Source of the DNA: an uncultured Christensenella sp.
GTDB taxonomy: Bacteria; Bacillota; Clostridia; Christensenellales; UBA3700
Reading direction: 5' to 3'
DNA: 64,000 bases
Assembly: GCA_964478025.1 (NCBI GenBank)
Contig: CAYZGK010000001.1
Span: 151,631-215,630, forward strand
Shown: piece after piece, positions 1 to 9,700 of the stretch
Layout: each line of letters begins with the position of its first letter
Position numbering within the stretch: the stretch's first letter is position 1
The notes under the pieces: generated by a model
Database searches by the model: none
What the model saw: the letters and a program-made list of their open reading frames with translations, nothing else
Told to the model about the DNA's origin: nothing
Translations under genes and position numbers: made by a program

Positions 1-1
1 T

Positions 2-595
2 ACAGATGGAACTAGCGAGTATGTTGACTGTGAAATTGATTTAACATCACTAAATGATGGAAAGGGAAGTAAATATGGATACCAAGCAGGTATTATACAT
101 GAAACAAAATTTGAATATACTTTAGACGAAACAGTTGCAGCTTCAACAAAGGGTGTATTCTATGTTAAAGGAAAGTATAATTCTACAATTTTAAGAGGAA
201 ATGGTAATAATGATACTACAAAGACTTATTACTCATTTACTGAAGCTACAGATTTAACTAGTGCTTCAACAGGTAGTTACTACTTCCGCTTAGATGGTAT
301 GTTCTATCCTGTAACATTAACAGGAACAAATTATTCAGATACATTAACTTACTACACAAGAGAAGTTGCTGTAGTAGATGAAAATACAACTGGCACATTC
401 TACACATTAGATGAAACAAGTTATCAAAAGATTTCAAAATATGGTGCAGGCGCTAAATTTGATGAAAATACTGATTATTATAGATTAACAGTATCAGATC
501 AATTATATGCAAATGTAACTATAGGTACAGGATCTGGAACTTTAGAACAAACTTCTTCAATTATGGTATTTGTTACAGGTAGAGTGGAGGAATAA
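2..595 (+). CDS. 3' end of a large secreted/surface protein whose start lies upstream of the window (partial)
   Basis: Frame 2 is open from nt 2 to TAA 593-595; the ORF track only reports it from an internal Met at 299. Thr/Tyr/Gly-rich with a degenerate ~20-aa aromatic repeat (TGxFY..LD...Y). The stop lies 1 nt before the next start, so it is in the same operon as the giant genes. Confidence 0.6.
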   Translation, partial: TDGTSEYVDCEIDLTSLNDGKGSKYGYQAGIIHETKFEYTLDETVAASTKGVFYVKGKYNSTILRGNGNNDTTKTYYSFTEATDLTSASTGSYYFRLDGMFYPVTLTGTNYSDTLTYYTREVAVVDENTTGTFYTLDETSYQKISKYGAGAKFDENTDYYRLTVSDQLYANVTIGTGSGTLEQTSSIMVFVTGRVEE

Positions 596-596
596 T

Positions 597-3500
597 ATGA
601 GTAAAACTAATAAATCTATAATTATAAGTTTAATGGCTGTAGTTTGTATAATTGCACTTGTTTGTGCTCTTACACAAACTACGCAAAATGTAGCCAATAA
701 TTCAGTTAACGCAGATACAGTTTTATTTACTGACTTTGATGTCGTTGATGGTTATTTATATGGCTCAGATAACAAAATAATTTCCTCTGACGAGGGTGGA
801 AAATATGTATTAGGCAGCGATGGAAAATATCATTTAAGTTATAACTATTATTCAACTAAATATGATTCAAGCTACTCTGTTGTAAAAATTACAACAGGCG
901 CAGAACTTTTATCTTTTATAGATAGCTGTAGTACAACTGCTACGGAAAAAAATGTAGGATTTGTTGTTAATGATATAGACTACAATATGCAAACTTTATA
1001 CTCTGATTCTCGTGGTGGTAAATGGCTTAACAACGGCACTTTCTATGGTATATTAGATGGTAATGGTTATACAATTAATATAACATCGCCACTTGGAAAT
1101 TCTCAATTTTATTTAAATGATGGTTATGCTGATACGGTGGGCAATTTGGGTTCTTTTTCAACTTCTTATGCAATATTGGGAAGTAGATCCTACTATGGAT
1201 ATGGTTATGCAGGTGTAATAACTGGTGTTAACCAAGGAACTATAGCAAACTGTAATTTTGTTTGGAACTCAAATCTTAATATATTATCTGAGTTGTCTAC
1301 AACAGGTGGTTGTTTAATTTATTATGGTTCAACAGACTGGGGTATAAAAATTCAAACAATGGTTGTTGGTCTTGTATGTGGACTTTTATATAATGGAACA
1401 ATTGAAAATTGTACTGTTGATATAGAAGATGGTTTTGCTATTTGTCACCAATATGAACAAAATAACAACTATGGTTATGCAGCTCCAGGACTATGTTTTA
1501 ACTCAGGATTTGTTGGTGGTGTAGTTGGATTTATCGGTGAAAATGGACTTTTAACAAGAACTACACTTATAAATGAGGGTGGTATTCTATGTTTGTCTGA
1601 TGGCTCTGATCAATCAAAGGATGTTACTTCTGGAGGCTCAAGAAAGGCACTTGCTGTTGCCGGCGGCTTGGCCGGAGGTATTAAACCAGCTTGCGATTCA
1701 GCAAGAATACTAAATTGCTCAATAAAGGGCGATGGTACTGTTAAAGCTAATGTGGCTCACGATACTGGTTCAAGAAGAAATGATGGTGGTGGATATGGAT
1801 ATTCAGGTGGCGCAGTGGGAGCTACAATTCTTGTTACTGGTGGAAATGATTATTCTTCAAATCCAGTTAATGATGGACAAATAGATGGTATAGTTTCCTC
1901 TTGGACTGGAGCTCGTTCAAGTTTTAGATTTAATAGTTTGTCTGACGCATTAAGTACAGAATTATCTATAGCTGGTTGTTTATTTGATAATGTAGGTTCA
2001 ACAGATTCTGTAAAAAATATTGTAATTTTGTATGACTACATAGGACTTGTGCAATCTCAAAGTAATGAAAATGGTAAAACTTATACTACTCTAGATACAT
2101 CTGGTAATAATACATCTGGTGCAATTCAATATGGTTCATGGACAGAAGTTTATAAGACAACTACATATGGTAATTTAAATGTTATGTATGATTATTCAAA
2201 GACTGAAGACCCAATTAGAGTAGAAGCAATTTCCGAAGGTTTTTTTGACGGAGATAATTATACAGGAACAGAAAGCATAGATGATGAAATTACATCTACA
2301 TTTAAGAATTTTTCTTTAGACGATACTAAAACGGGCTTAGGTAAGTTTATTTGGTCTGTTCAATATGCATCTGTTGAAAGGGGTGTCGCTGATGGTTCAG
2401 TTGTTATAGCTTCCGATAAAGTAGGCGCACAAATATTTAAACTATCTGGTAATAGAAAAGGTGCTGTTATATATACGTTTGGAGAAAAAGTTGAAGCTTC
2501 TCTTCAAGATACAAATACAGCAACCAATACAGATAATTTTATTACAAATAACGCAAAATATTATAATGGCGCTGCTATTAATGCGCCTAAACTTGTTTTA
2601 ACAAGAAATACTGGTGAGACAGTTGTAATAAATAGTGATGCATATATAATGACAACAAAGTTAACACTTCTTGACGATAATAAAGAAGAAACTGCATATA
2701 CCTATAGTATAACTGATCAAGCAGATACATATATTCCAGGTCTTTACACTTATTCTATTAAGATAAATGTAACTGAAAGAGATGGAACAACTACAACTGA
2801 TTTTATATATTATGATGATACTGCTTGCGTTCTTGCAGAATACGATGAAAATTTCGTTTATCAGTATGCTATATATCAAGGAACAAGTTCTATGTTTACA
2901 GCAACGAATTTAAGTTCTGCTGAAAACTGGGTAAATTCAGATACTATTACCATATCTTATTTAAATAAGGCTGGTGTAATGCAATACTATACATACAAAA
3001 AAGGAAATGGAACAGAATCTATATACAATCAAGTTGATGAAACAGCGACTAATGTAACTTTAACTGTTAATGAATCTGGAAAGTTTACATATAATTTTAA
3101 TGCATATATTGAAAACCCATTATATGTTGAGGATTCAGGTGCGCCAGAATTTTTAAAGATAGGCACGACAAGCGCTCAATGTTTCGTAGATAACGCAGCA
3201 CCAATTATTAAGAGTGTTAAATATTATGAATATGATGAAAGCGCAGCTGATCATAAGGGACCTTCTTTATCTACAAGTGATTTAAATGAATGGTTAACAA
3301 CTGATATACTAATTACTTATGAGGTAAATGATAGTTCAATGTCAGGTATTGATTCGGGTTCTGGTCACACAGATTTTACAGAGGTAACAACATCAAAGTG
3401 GAGTTGTTCATTAAAGCTTGATGGAAAGAACTCTAGTCAAACTGTATACTATACAGATAAAGCTGGAAATACAGTAGAAAAGACATTTAGTGTTAGAATA

Positions 3501-6500
3501 GACACAACAAAAACAGAACTTACAAATGTCTTTGCTTTAAATTACTCAGAGTATTTAGTTTACTATGCAACAATGGAATATTGTCCAGTTTCAGTAAAGA
3601 TTAACTTTATTCCAGTATTTGGTGCTTCAGGAGCTTACTTACAATATTCTTATGAACAAGATGAAAATAATGAAGATATTTGGGTAAATTACGAAAAAGA
3701 AATTAAATCTAATCAAGCAAATACATTCATTCTAGATTTTGAAGTAACAAATGCAACATTTAAAATGAGACTTGTCTCAACTGAGGGTATTTACGCAACA
3801 TCTTATGCAAATGGTGATGGTTACGTAACTAATGGTGCTAGTGATTATGAAGAATCTATAAGATGGACAATTAACGTAGTAATTGCTTATATGAGTATTA
3901 CACTAGATAATATTTATTATGGAGATAAAGCCTTATCTTCAATGACAAGTGATGAACTTGGTAATTTATTTAGTAAGAACTATGATGCAAAGGATGTGTC
4001 AGATATTCCTTTATCTGTTAAAGTTTATAAAGATGGAACAAATGATGAATTAAATTCAACAACTACAATTTTATATTCTGATAAGTATTCGTTCGCATCT
4101 CCAGATATTTTAACTGATTATACAAAGGTAACAGCAGTCTATTCTTCAGCAAACGCTGGTAGTAGACAAATATCTATATCAGTTGAAGGAACGGATGCTT
4201 ATGAGGGTAAATATTTATTCTTCTTTACAGATGGTAGAGAATTTACAGATTTTACTATACTTTTAAAAGAGAGTAAGGTTTATGACCAAATAACAACAAC
4301 TATATCTCCATCTACAATTAATGTAGTAATGGCAAGTTATACAGATCAACTTAAATCATCTTATGTTTATGGAACAGAAATTCCAACAACTATAAAGGTA
4401 GATGGTGAAGCAGGGGATGTAGTTACACTAAAGATTGTTTCAGATGCACAATGTACATATGAAAATGGAAAAATAGTAGCATATCCAAATGTAGGAACAT
4501 ATACAGTTTCCGCTGATTTTATTAAAGATGAAGGAAACTATGTATTAAATGTTACAAGTTCAGATATAGTAATTAGTCAAAAACCAGTTTCTGTATTAAC
4601 AACATTAGATGGAGTTAAAGGATATTCTCCAACGCTAACATATGATGGAGTGTCTCATAAGATAGAGGGAACATATACAGACGTATTTGGTGAAACGAAA
4701 AATGCTACGATAAAATACTATTTAGATACAGATTGTGCTAATTTAGCATCTGAAGATGTTATAAGTGTAATAAATGTATATTATGTTAAATTAACTATTG
4801 ATGATGAAAACTATTCAGTAAGTAATTCTAAAAACCCAATAACATTCTCAATTGTTAAGGGTTATCTATCTTTAGATTTAACAGCACAAACTTATGAATA
4901 TTCAGGATATAGTATCCCATTTGAATTAAAATCAACATCAGGAGTTGAAATAAAGAGTAATGACACATTTGACCCTGCTGTAGATGTATGTAAAATGGAT
5001 GATTTTACTATTTCCTACTACTTAGTTGTAAATAATGTTCCTTCATCTACAAAGCTAGAGAGCATTTATGCTGTAGGAAAATATTTAGTACAAATAGAAA
5101 TTAAGAATAATGATTATTTCTATGATCAATCTTATGCTGATACATATATTGAGATAACAAAAGCTAAAACGAGTATGAGTATTGATGATGTAACTATAAC
5201 TTATGATGGAGAATCACATACTTATGACTATACATTAGGAAATGTATTAGTTAGCGGTATAAGTTCAAAAACTACTGTTGTAGGTGAGTGGGAAGGTATT
5301 ACTCAATACTATACATACAATAATGGAGTTATGAATAGAAGTAGTGATTTAACAGATATTCTTCAAATACAAGTATTTGATGAGGTTACTAGAAAATATG
5401 TAACAGTAAATGAGTTGTCTCCAGCAAACTTTACTGATGCAGGAACTTATATATTCAAAGTTTCATTCCTTGGAGATAATAACTTTGATGCATCTTCAAA
5501 GCAAGTTAATTTAATTATTGAAGAAGCAAGTATGGAAGGCATAACATTTGAAGATGTTAAAACATACTATGGGGGAGCTGATAATTATTACCCATTTATA
5601 ATTGATGATTCAGAAAATTCTTCATTAAAGAAATATTTAGATATGGGTGCAGAACTTATATATAGATATAATGCAGAAGAGTATAAATATGGAACAGAAG
5701 CCTACACAGGAACTTACATAACTGATGAGAGTGGCAAGGAATCATTAGATCAAAAAGGATACTTACAATTATTCTCAGAAGTTAACACATATACTGTTCT
5801 TGCAATAGTTACTCTTGAAAACTATAAGACATTACAACTTACAGCAACATTAACTATTGATAAAACAAAAATTGAAGGCATTATGCCAGTTGAAGTTAAT
5901 AATGTTGAATACGATGGTGCATTCCATCCTGGGCAATTTACAGGCTTTGATTTAGATGATAATGGTAATATGAAGGTTTCATACTTATCTGGTGGAGAAT
6001 CTTCAAAGATTATAGACAAGGTATGGTATAAGGGAGTTGCAGTAGATGTAGAATATGACGATGAGGCTTGTCCATACACAGCAGGCACTCACTTTGGTAA
6101 AATAACATTTACCTCAACTGAGTATGCAACAGAAACTATTCAAGTTAAAGTTGTAATTTCTCAAAAGAAAGTAACAGAGATAGACTTCTCATGGTTATCT
6201 AGTATGATAAATAAAATAAATTCTTCTACAGATTTAAGCAACCTTTATGCTGAGTATGATAAAAATGGAGATACTGATTATGTATCTTTCGAGTACTATA
6301 ACGAAAGTGGAGAAAAAGTTGAACTTGATGAAGATGGTTGTTTGCCAGCAGGTGATTACACAATAAAGATGGTATTTGATGATGCTAACTTCTGCTCTGA
6401 TGTAACAGCAACAATAACAATAGCTCAAGCATCAAACAATGGTTCAACAACTACAACAAATAAAGGTGGAGATTCTAGTGGTGATAGTAGTGGTGGAATT

Positions 6501-6695
6501 GTTGATTTGATTAAAAACAACATTATACTGATAGCCGCCGCAGCCGGAGGAATAGTAGTAATTATAGTAGGAATCGTTGTAGGAGTGAGCGTTTCTAAAA
6601 AGAAAAAGAAAGCAAAAGCTAAGGCAAGAGCGAAAGCAAAAGCTAAAGCTAAAACAAAGAAAAAAGCGTCGAATGATGGAAAGGCAACATTTTAA
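597..6695 (+). CDS. giant surface protein 1 (~2030 aa): N-terminal signal/anchor, GLUG-like beta-helix region, many Ig-like/MBG-like repeats, C-terminal TM helix and K/A-rich tail
   Basis: GGAGG 586-590 then ATG 597; the track start at 570 overlaps the upstream stop and has no RBS. Hydrophobic N-terminus IIISLMAVVCIIALVCAL. GNGYTI and GG[LVI][AV]G repeats (GFVGGVVG, AVAGGLAGG). Repeated Y.G..H / G.Y.V...NY modules. C-terminal IILIAAAAGGIVVIIVGIVVGV followed by KKKKKAKAKARAKAKAKAKTKKK. No LPXTG. Confidence 0.85.
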   Translation: MSKTNKSIIISLMAVVCIIALVCALTQTTQNVANNSVNADTVLFTDFDVVDGYLYGSDNKIISSDEGGKYVLGSDGKYHLSYNYYSTKYDSSYSVVKITTGAELLSFIDSCSTTATEKNVGFVVNDIDYNMQTLYSDSRGGKWLNNGTFYGILDGNGYTINITSPLGNSQFYLNDGYADTVGNLGSFSTSYAILGSRSYYGYGYAGVITGVNQGTIANCNFVWNSNLNILSELSTTGGCLIYYGSTDWGIKIQTMVVGLVCGLLYNGTIENCTVDIEDGFAICHQYEQNNNYGYAAPGLCFNSGFVGGVVGFIGENGLLTRTTLINEGGILCLSDGSDQSKDVTSGGSRKALAVAGGLAGGIKPACDSARILNCSIKGDGTVKANVAHDTGSRRNDGGGYGYSGGAVGATILVTGGNDYSSNPVNDGQIDGIVSSWTGARSSFRFNSLSDALSTELSIAGCLFDNVGSTDSVKNIVILYDYIGLVQSQSNENGKTYTTLDTSGNNTSGAIQYGSWTEVYKTTTYGNLNVMYDYSKTEDPIRVEAISEGFFDGDNYTGTESIDDEITSTFKNFSLDDTKTGLGKFIWSVQYASVERGVADGSVVIASDKVGAQIFKLSGNRKGAVIYTFGEKVEASLQDTNTATNTDNFITNNAKYYNGAAINAPKLVLTRNTGETVVINSDAYIMTTKLTLLDDNKEETAYTYSITDQADTYIPGLYTYSIKINVTERDGTTTTDFIYYDDTACVLAEYDENFVYQYAIYQGTSSMFTATNLSSAENWVNSDTITISYLNKAGVMQYYTYKKGNGTESIYNQVDETATNVTLTVNESGKFTYNFNAYIENPLYVEDSGAPEFLKIGTTSAQCFVDNAAPIIKSVKYYEYDESAADHKGPSLSTSDLNEWLTTDILITYEVNDSSMSGIDSGSGHTDFTEVTTSKWSCSLKLDGKNSSQTVYYTDKAGNTVEKTFSVRIDTTKTELTNVFALNYSEYLVYYATMEYCPVSVKINFIPVFGASGAYLQYSYEQDENNEDIWVNYEKEIKSNQANTFILDFEVTNATFKMRLVSTEGIYATSYANGDGYVTNGASDYEESIRWTINVVIAYMSITLDNIYYGDKALSSMTSDELGNLFSKNYDAKDVSDIPLSVKVYKDGTNDELNSTTTILYSDKYSFASPDILTDYTKVTAVYSSANAGSRQISISVEGTDAYEGKYLFFFTDGREFTDFTILLKESKVYDQITTTISPSTINVVMASYTDQLKSSYVYGTEIPTTIKVDGEAGDVVTLKIVSDAQCTYENGKIVAYPNVGTYTVSADFIKDEGNYVLNVTSSDIVISQKPVSVLTTLDGVKGYSPTLTYDGVSHKIEGTYTDVFGETKNATIKYYLDTDCANLASEDVISVINVYYVKLTIDDENYSVSNSKNPITFSIVKGYLSLDLTAQTYEYSGYSIPFELKSTSGVEIKSNDTFDPAVDVCKMDDFTISYYLVVNNVPSSTKLESIYAVGKYLVQIEIKNNDYFYDQSYADTYIEITKAKTSMSIDDVTITYDGESHTYDYTLGNVLVSGISSKTTVVGEWEGITQYYTYNNGVMNRSSDLTDILQIQVFDEVTRKYVTVNELSPANFTDAGTYIFKVSFLGDNNFDASSKQVNLIIEEASMEGITFEDVKTYYGGADNYYPFIIDDSENSSLKKYLDMGAELIYRYNAEEYKYGTEAYTGTYITDESGKESLDQKGYLQLFSEVNTYTVLAIVTLENYKTLQLTATLTIDKTKIEGIMPVEVNNVEYDGAFHPGQFTGFDLDDNGNMKVSYLSGGESSKIIDKVWYKGVAVDVEYDDEACPYTAGTHFGKITFTSTEYATETIQVKVVISQKKVTEIDFSWLSSMINKINSSTDLSNLYAEYDKNGDTDYVSFEYYNESGEKVELDEDGCLPAGDYTIKMVFDDANFCSDVTATITIAQASNNGSTTTTNKGGDSSGDSSGGIVDLIKNNIILIAAAAGGIVVIIVGIVVGVSVSKKKKKAKAKARAKAKAKAKTKKKASNDGKATF
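6612..6653 (+). repeat. in-frame hexanucleotide repeat GCN-AAR x7 encoding (AK/AR)7 in the cytoplasmic tail of giant protein 1
   Basis: gca aaa gct aag gca aga gcg aaa gca aaa gct aaa gct aaa, read directly in the gene frame. Confidence 0.9.
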
Positions 6696-6710
6696 AGGAG
6701 GTAAGAAAAA

Positions 6711-9700
6711 ATGACAAATAATATTAATAAAAAATATTTAATAATAACATTAATTAGTCTAAGCGTTGTAATAATGCTTATTGCCTCTTTATGTGTTGCA
6801 TTTAATCAAGAGACTGGTGTTATAAGTGTAAATGAAGCATCGGCTGATTCAATAAATTTAACTGCGGGATTTAATGGAGTTGTAGAAAGTGGATATGTTT
6901 CTCCATATGCATCTAAGTCTTCTAACGTGTATGCTATAGGTAGTGCAGATGAATTAACGGCATTTGTTGAAACTGCTTATGCAGGGGCAACGGCTGATAG
7001 TCAAATTTATGGTTACTTAACAGGTAATATATCATACTCAAATGCGACATTTAATAATGCTGTATTTAAATATGCTCATTTAGATGGATGTGGATATACT
7101 ATTACTTACAATTGTGCTACAAAAAATTCAAGTGGTTTAAGTGTGTTTGTGCAAGGTACAAACTTTGAAATGGATGATTCAAAGTATGTTGCACATTACA
7201 AAAGCAATAAAACACCTTTTGGTTATGAAAAGAATGGAAATACAGGTTTCTTTTCAGCAGGTCTATTTGGTTCTATTGGTTATAATTGCGAAATAATAAA
7301 TACTAATTTTAGGTTTGCTGGAAATTGGAAAGCAGATTTTTTAACAAGTGGTAACTATTTAAATAGACCTTTAGCTTTAGGTGTGGTGCTTGGATATGTA
7401 GTAGGTGGAAAAATTGATAATTGTTCTTTAACATTTACAAGTGGAAGCTATATAGAAATAAGTGCTTGTAGTAGTAAAAACGGACATGATACAGACGGAC
7501 TTGCAACTTTAATTATGGGCGGTTTCGCAGCGGTTTGGGATGGATATAAAGAAGATACTTCTATTTCAGATACAATTCTTTCAAATTCCAAAGTTACTAT
7601 GGAAAGTACTTCTTATATAAGGGGATATTCACAAGGTGTAGTAAGTGGTCTATTTCAAAGATTATCTCCGCGTGTGTTTGTAGGCGGTTTTGCAGGAACT
7701 TTATGTAATTCAGCTGAAATGTATAATTTAACAGCAGCAGGCTCTGGTTACTTTATTGCAGATGTTTCTGGTCCTGGTTATAATACAGGTAACGATAGAT
7801 TAGGATTTTCAGGAATTATTGTTGGAACAAATACAACACAAGATCAAGATTTATATTCTATGCATAATCAAGCAAGTGGCTGTACTGCTGGAACTATAGA
7901 TGGTGTTATTTCATCATGGACTGGAAGTGCGTGTGAAGAGGTAGGTTCTGAATATAAATCAAAATATACAAAAACCACAGGACAATATGTATTTGGTGGC
8001 GTAATTGCAGGAGTTTCTACAGCTGGAACAGTTAAAAATGTATATATAACTATAAGTGAAGATGATTTAACATCTCAATGTAGTGATAATTCTCCAACAA
8101 ATATATCTGCTCCTTATGATGGCGGAAATAGTAATAGACCATTTACGACTTCTACTGAGTATCAAGGATATTGTGGTTTATTAATTAGTGGTCTACAAGG
8201 TGATATAGGATCCGGTTTTATTGATAGATACATTTATAGCGAAAGTTCAAGTTCTTTTGAAAAGATAGGTGCATCTACAGAAAACGCTGTTGGTTTAATT
8301 TGGTCAGACGCAACAGAAAATGCTGATGTGTTGCCTTATGGTGATTCTACAAAATTATCAGGATACACGATAGATTCTGGTTATTTTGTTTGGTCTATGT
8401 CTATAACAGGAACTGGAATTTCTGAAGTAAATAAGAACTTATACAATGAAGCTACAAATGTACAAGATGCCATAAATAATTACAAAGTTTATACATCACC
8501 TACAGCAATCGAAAGAGGTAAATCATCAGGTTTAAATTTAACATTAGAGGTAACTTTTGGTAGAGCGGTATATTATGAATTTAATGAAAGTGGTTTTGGA
8601 ACAGCATCATCATTTAGTTTTGGCTCTAAAACTTATGATGCATCAAGCGGTATTACTCCACCATCAGTTGTATTAAAAACATATAATGGGTCATCAAAAG
8701 TTAGTTTAAATTATACAGAAAGTAAGAGTGAAATAAGTAAAGTTAACTCTAATACATTACTTACAGATACTTCTATTTGGACAGTATATGATGCAGGTAA
8801 TTTTGCGGCTTATGGTATTGATCATATAAAGAATGCAGGAGATTATGAACTTACAGTTTATAATGGTGATGCAAATTCAAAGTTTGATTTCTTAAATAAA
8901 AACTTACACTTAGTTGCTTATAGAACAGACAATTCTTACTATAAGGATGAATACAAAGGAACAGCTACAAAATGGCAACCTTTATACACTTATACTATTA
9001 ATCAAAAAGAAGTAACAGGAGCGTGGGCTACTTTAACAAATAATGTAGATAATGAAAGTTATACAACTCCACAAGATTTTACTTATTGTGGACAAAATAT
9101 AAACTTTGCTTATACATATTCATCTGGTTTAGTTGGCAGTGATGTAGGTTATGTAGTTAATAATTATTACACAATAACTTATACAAAAGTTGCAGCTTCT
9201 AGACTATTAAATAATGTAGAGTATTATCAAAAGAATACTGATGGAACATATACATCTATTGGTTATACAACAGATGCAAACTTTCCAACTATTGATGAGT
9301 ATTATAAGAAAAACGAAAATACAACATCTAATATTTCAAATGCTGGAACATATAAGATCGCAGTTAATAGGACGCTATCTAATGAAAACTATAAAATTAG
9401 TGATTCTGTTCAAACAGAATGGACTATTGAGGTTTCTCCAAGAACATTATCTGTTCTATTTAGAAATATGGATGAGTATGAATATAATAAGCAAGAGCAA
9501 CAAGCTACATGGATAGTTGCTACAACCAAAGATTCATCAGCTACTGTTCATTCAAAGTTTAATGATAGTACAACCTTGATTAATGCAAATATCGTTGTAT
9601 ATAATGTATTTGAATCAACAGCTGTAAATGTTACTTATGATTCAAGTAATGATTACGAATCTGTAGGTAATTATTATGTATATATATCACTTGCTTCAGG

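Noticed and set aside
570-596. Longer N-terminal extensions proposed by the ORF track (starts at 570, 19610, 22101, 22129, 23875, 28319, 30603, 31817, 38298, 42244).
   Set aside because: In each case an internal ATG is preceded by a good RBS or a -10 box and gives the family-typical N-terminus. The upstream start lacks an RBS, overlaps the preceding gene, or lies inside the promoter.
2661-2879. Short antisense or out-of-frame ORFs in the track, for example 2661-2879, 5822-6088, 6234-6428, 9241-9516, 9696-9881, 12113-12316, 36959-37378, 60017-60385 and 61466-61819.
   Set aside because: All are fully embedded in long, well-supported genes. They have low-complexity, Ile/Phe/Ser-rich translations typical of shadow frames in AT-rich DNA, no RBS and no recognisable motifs.
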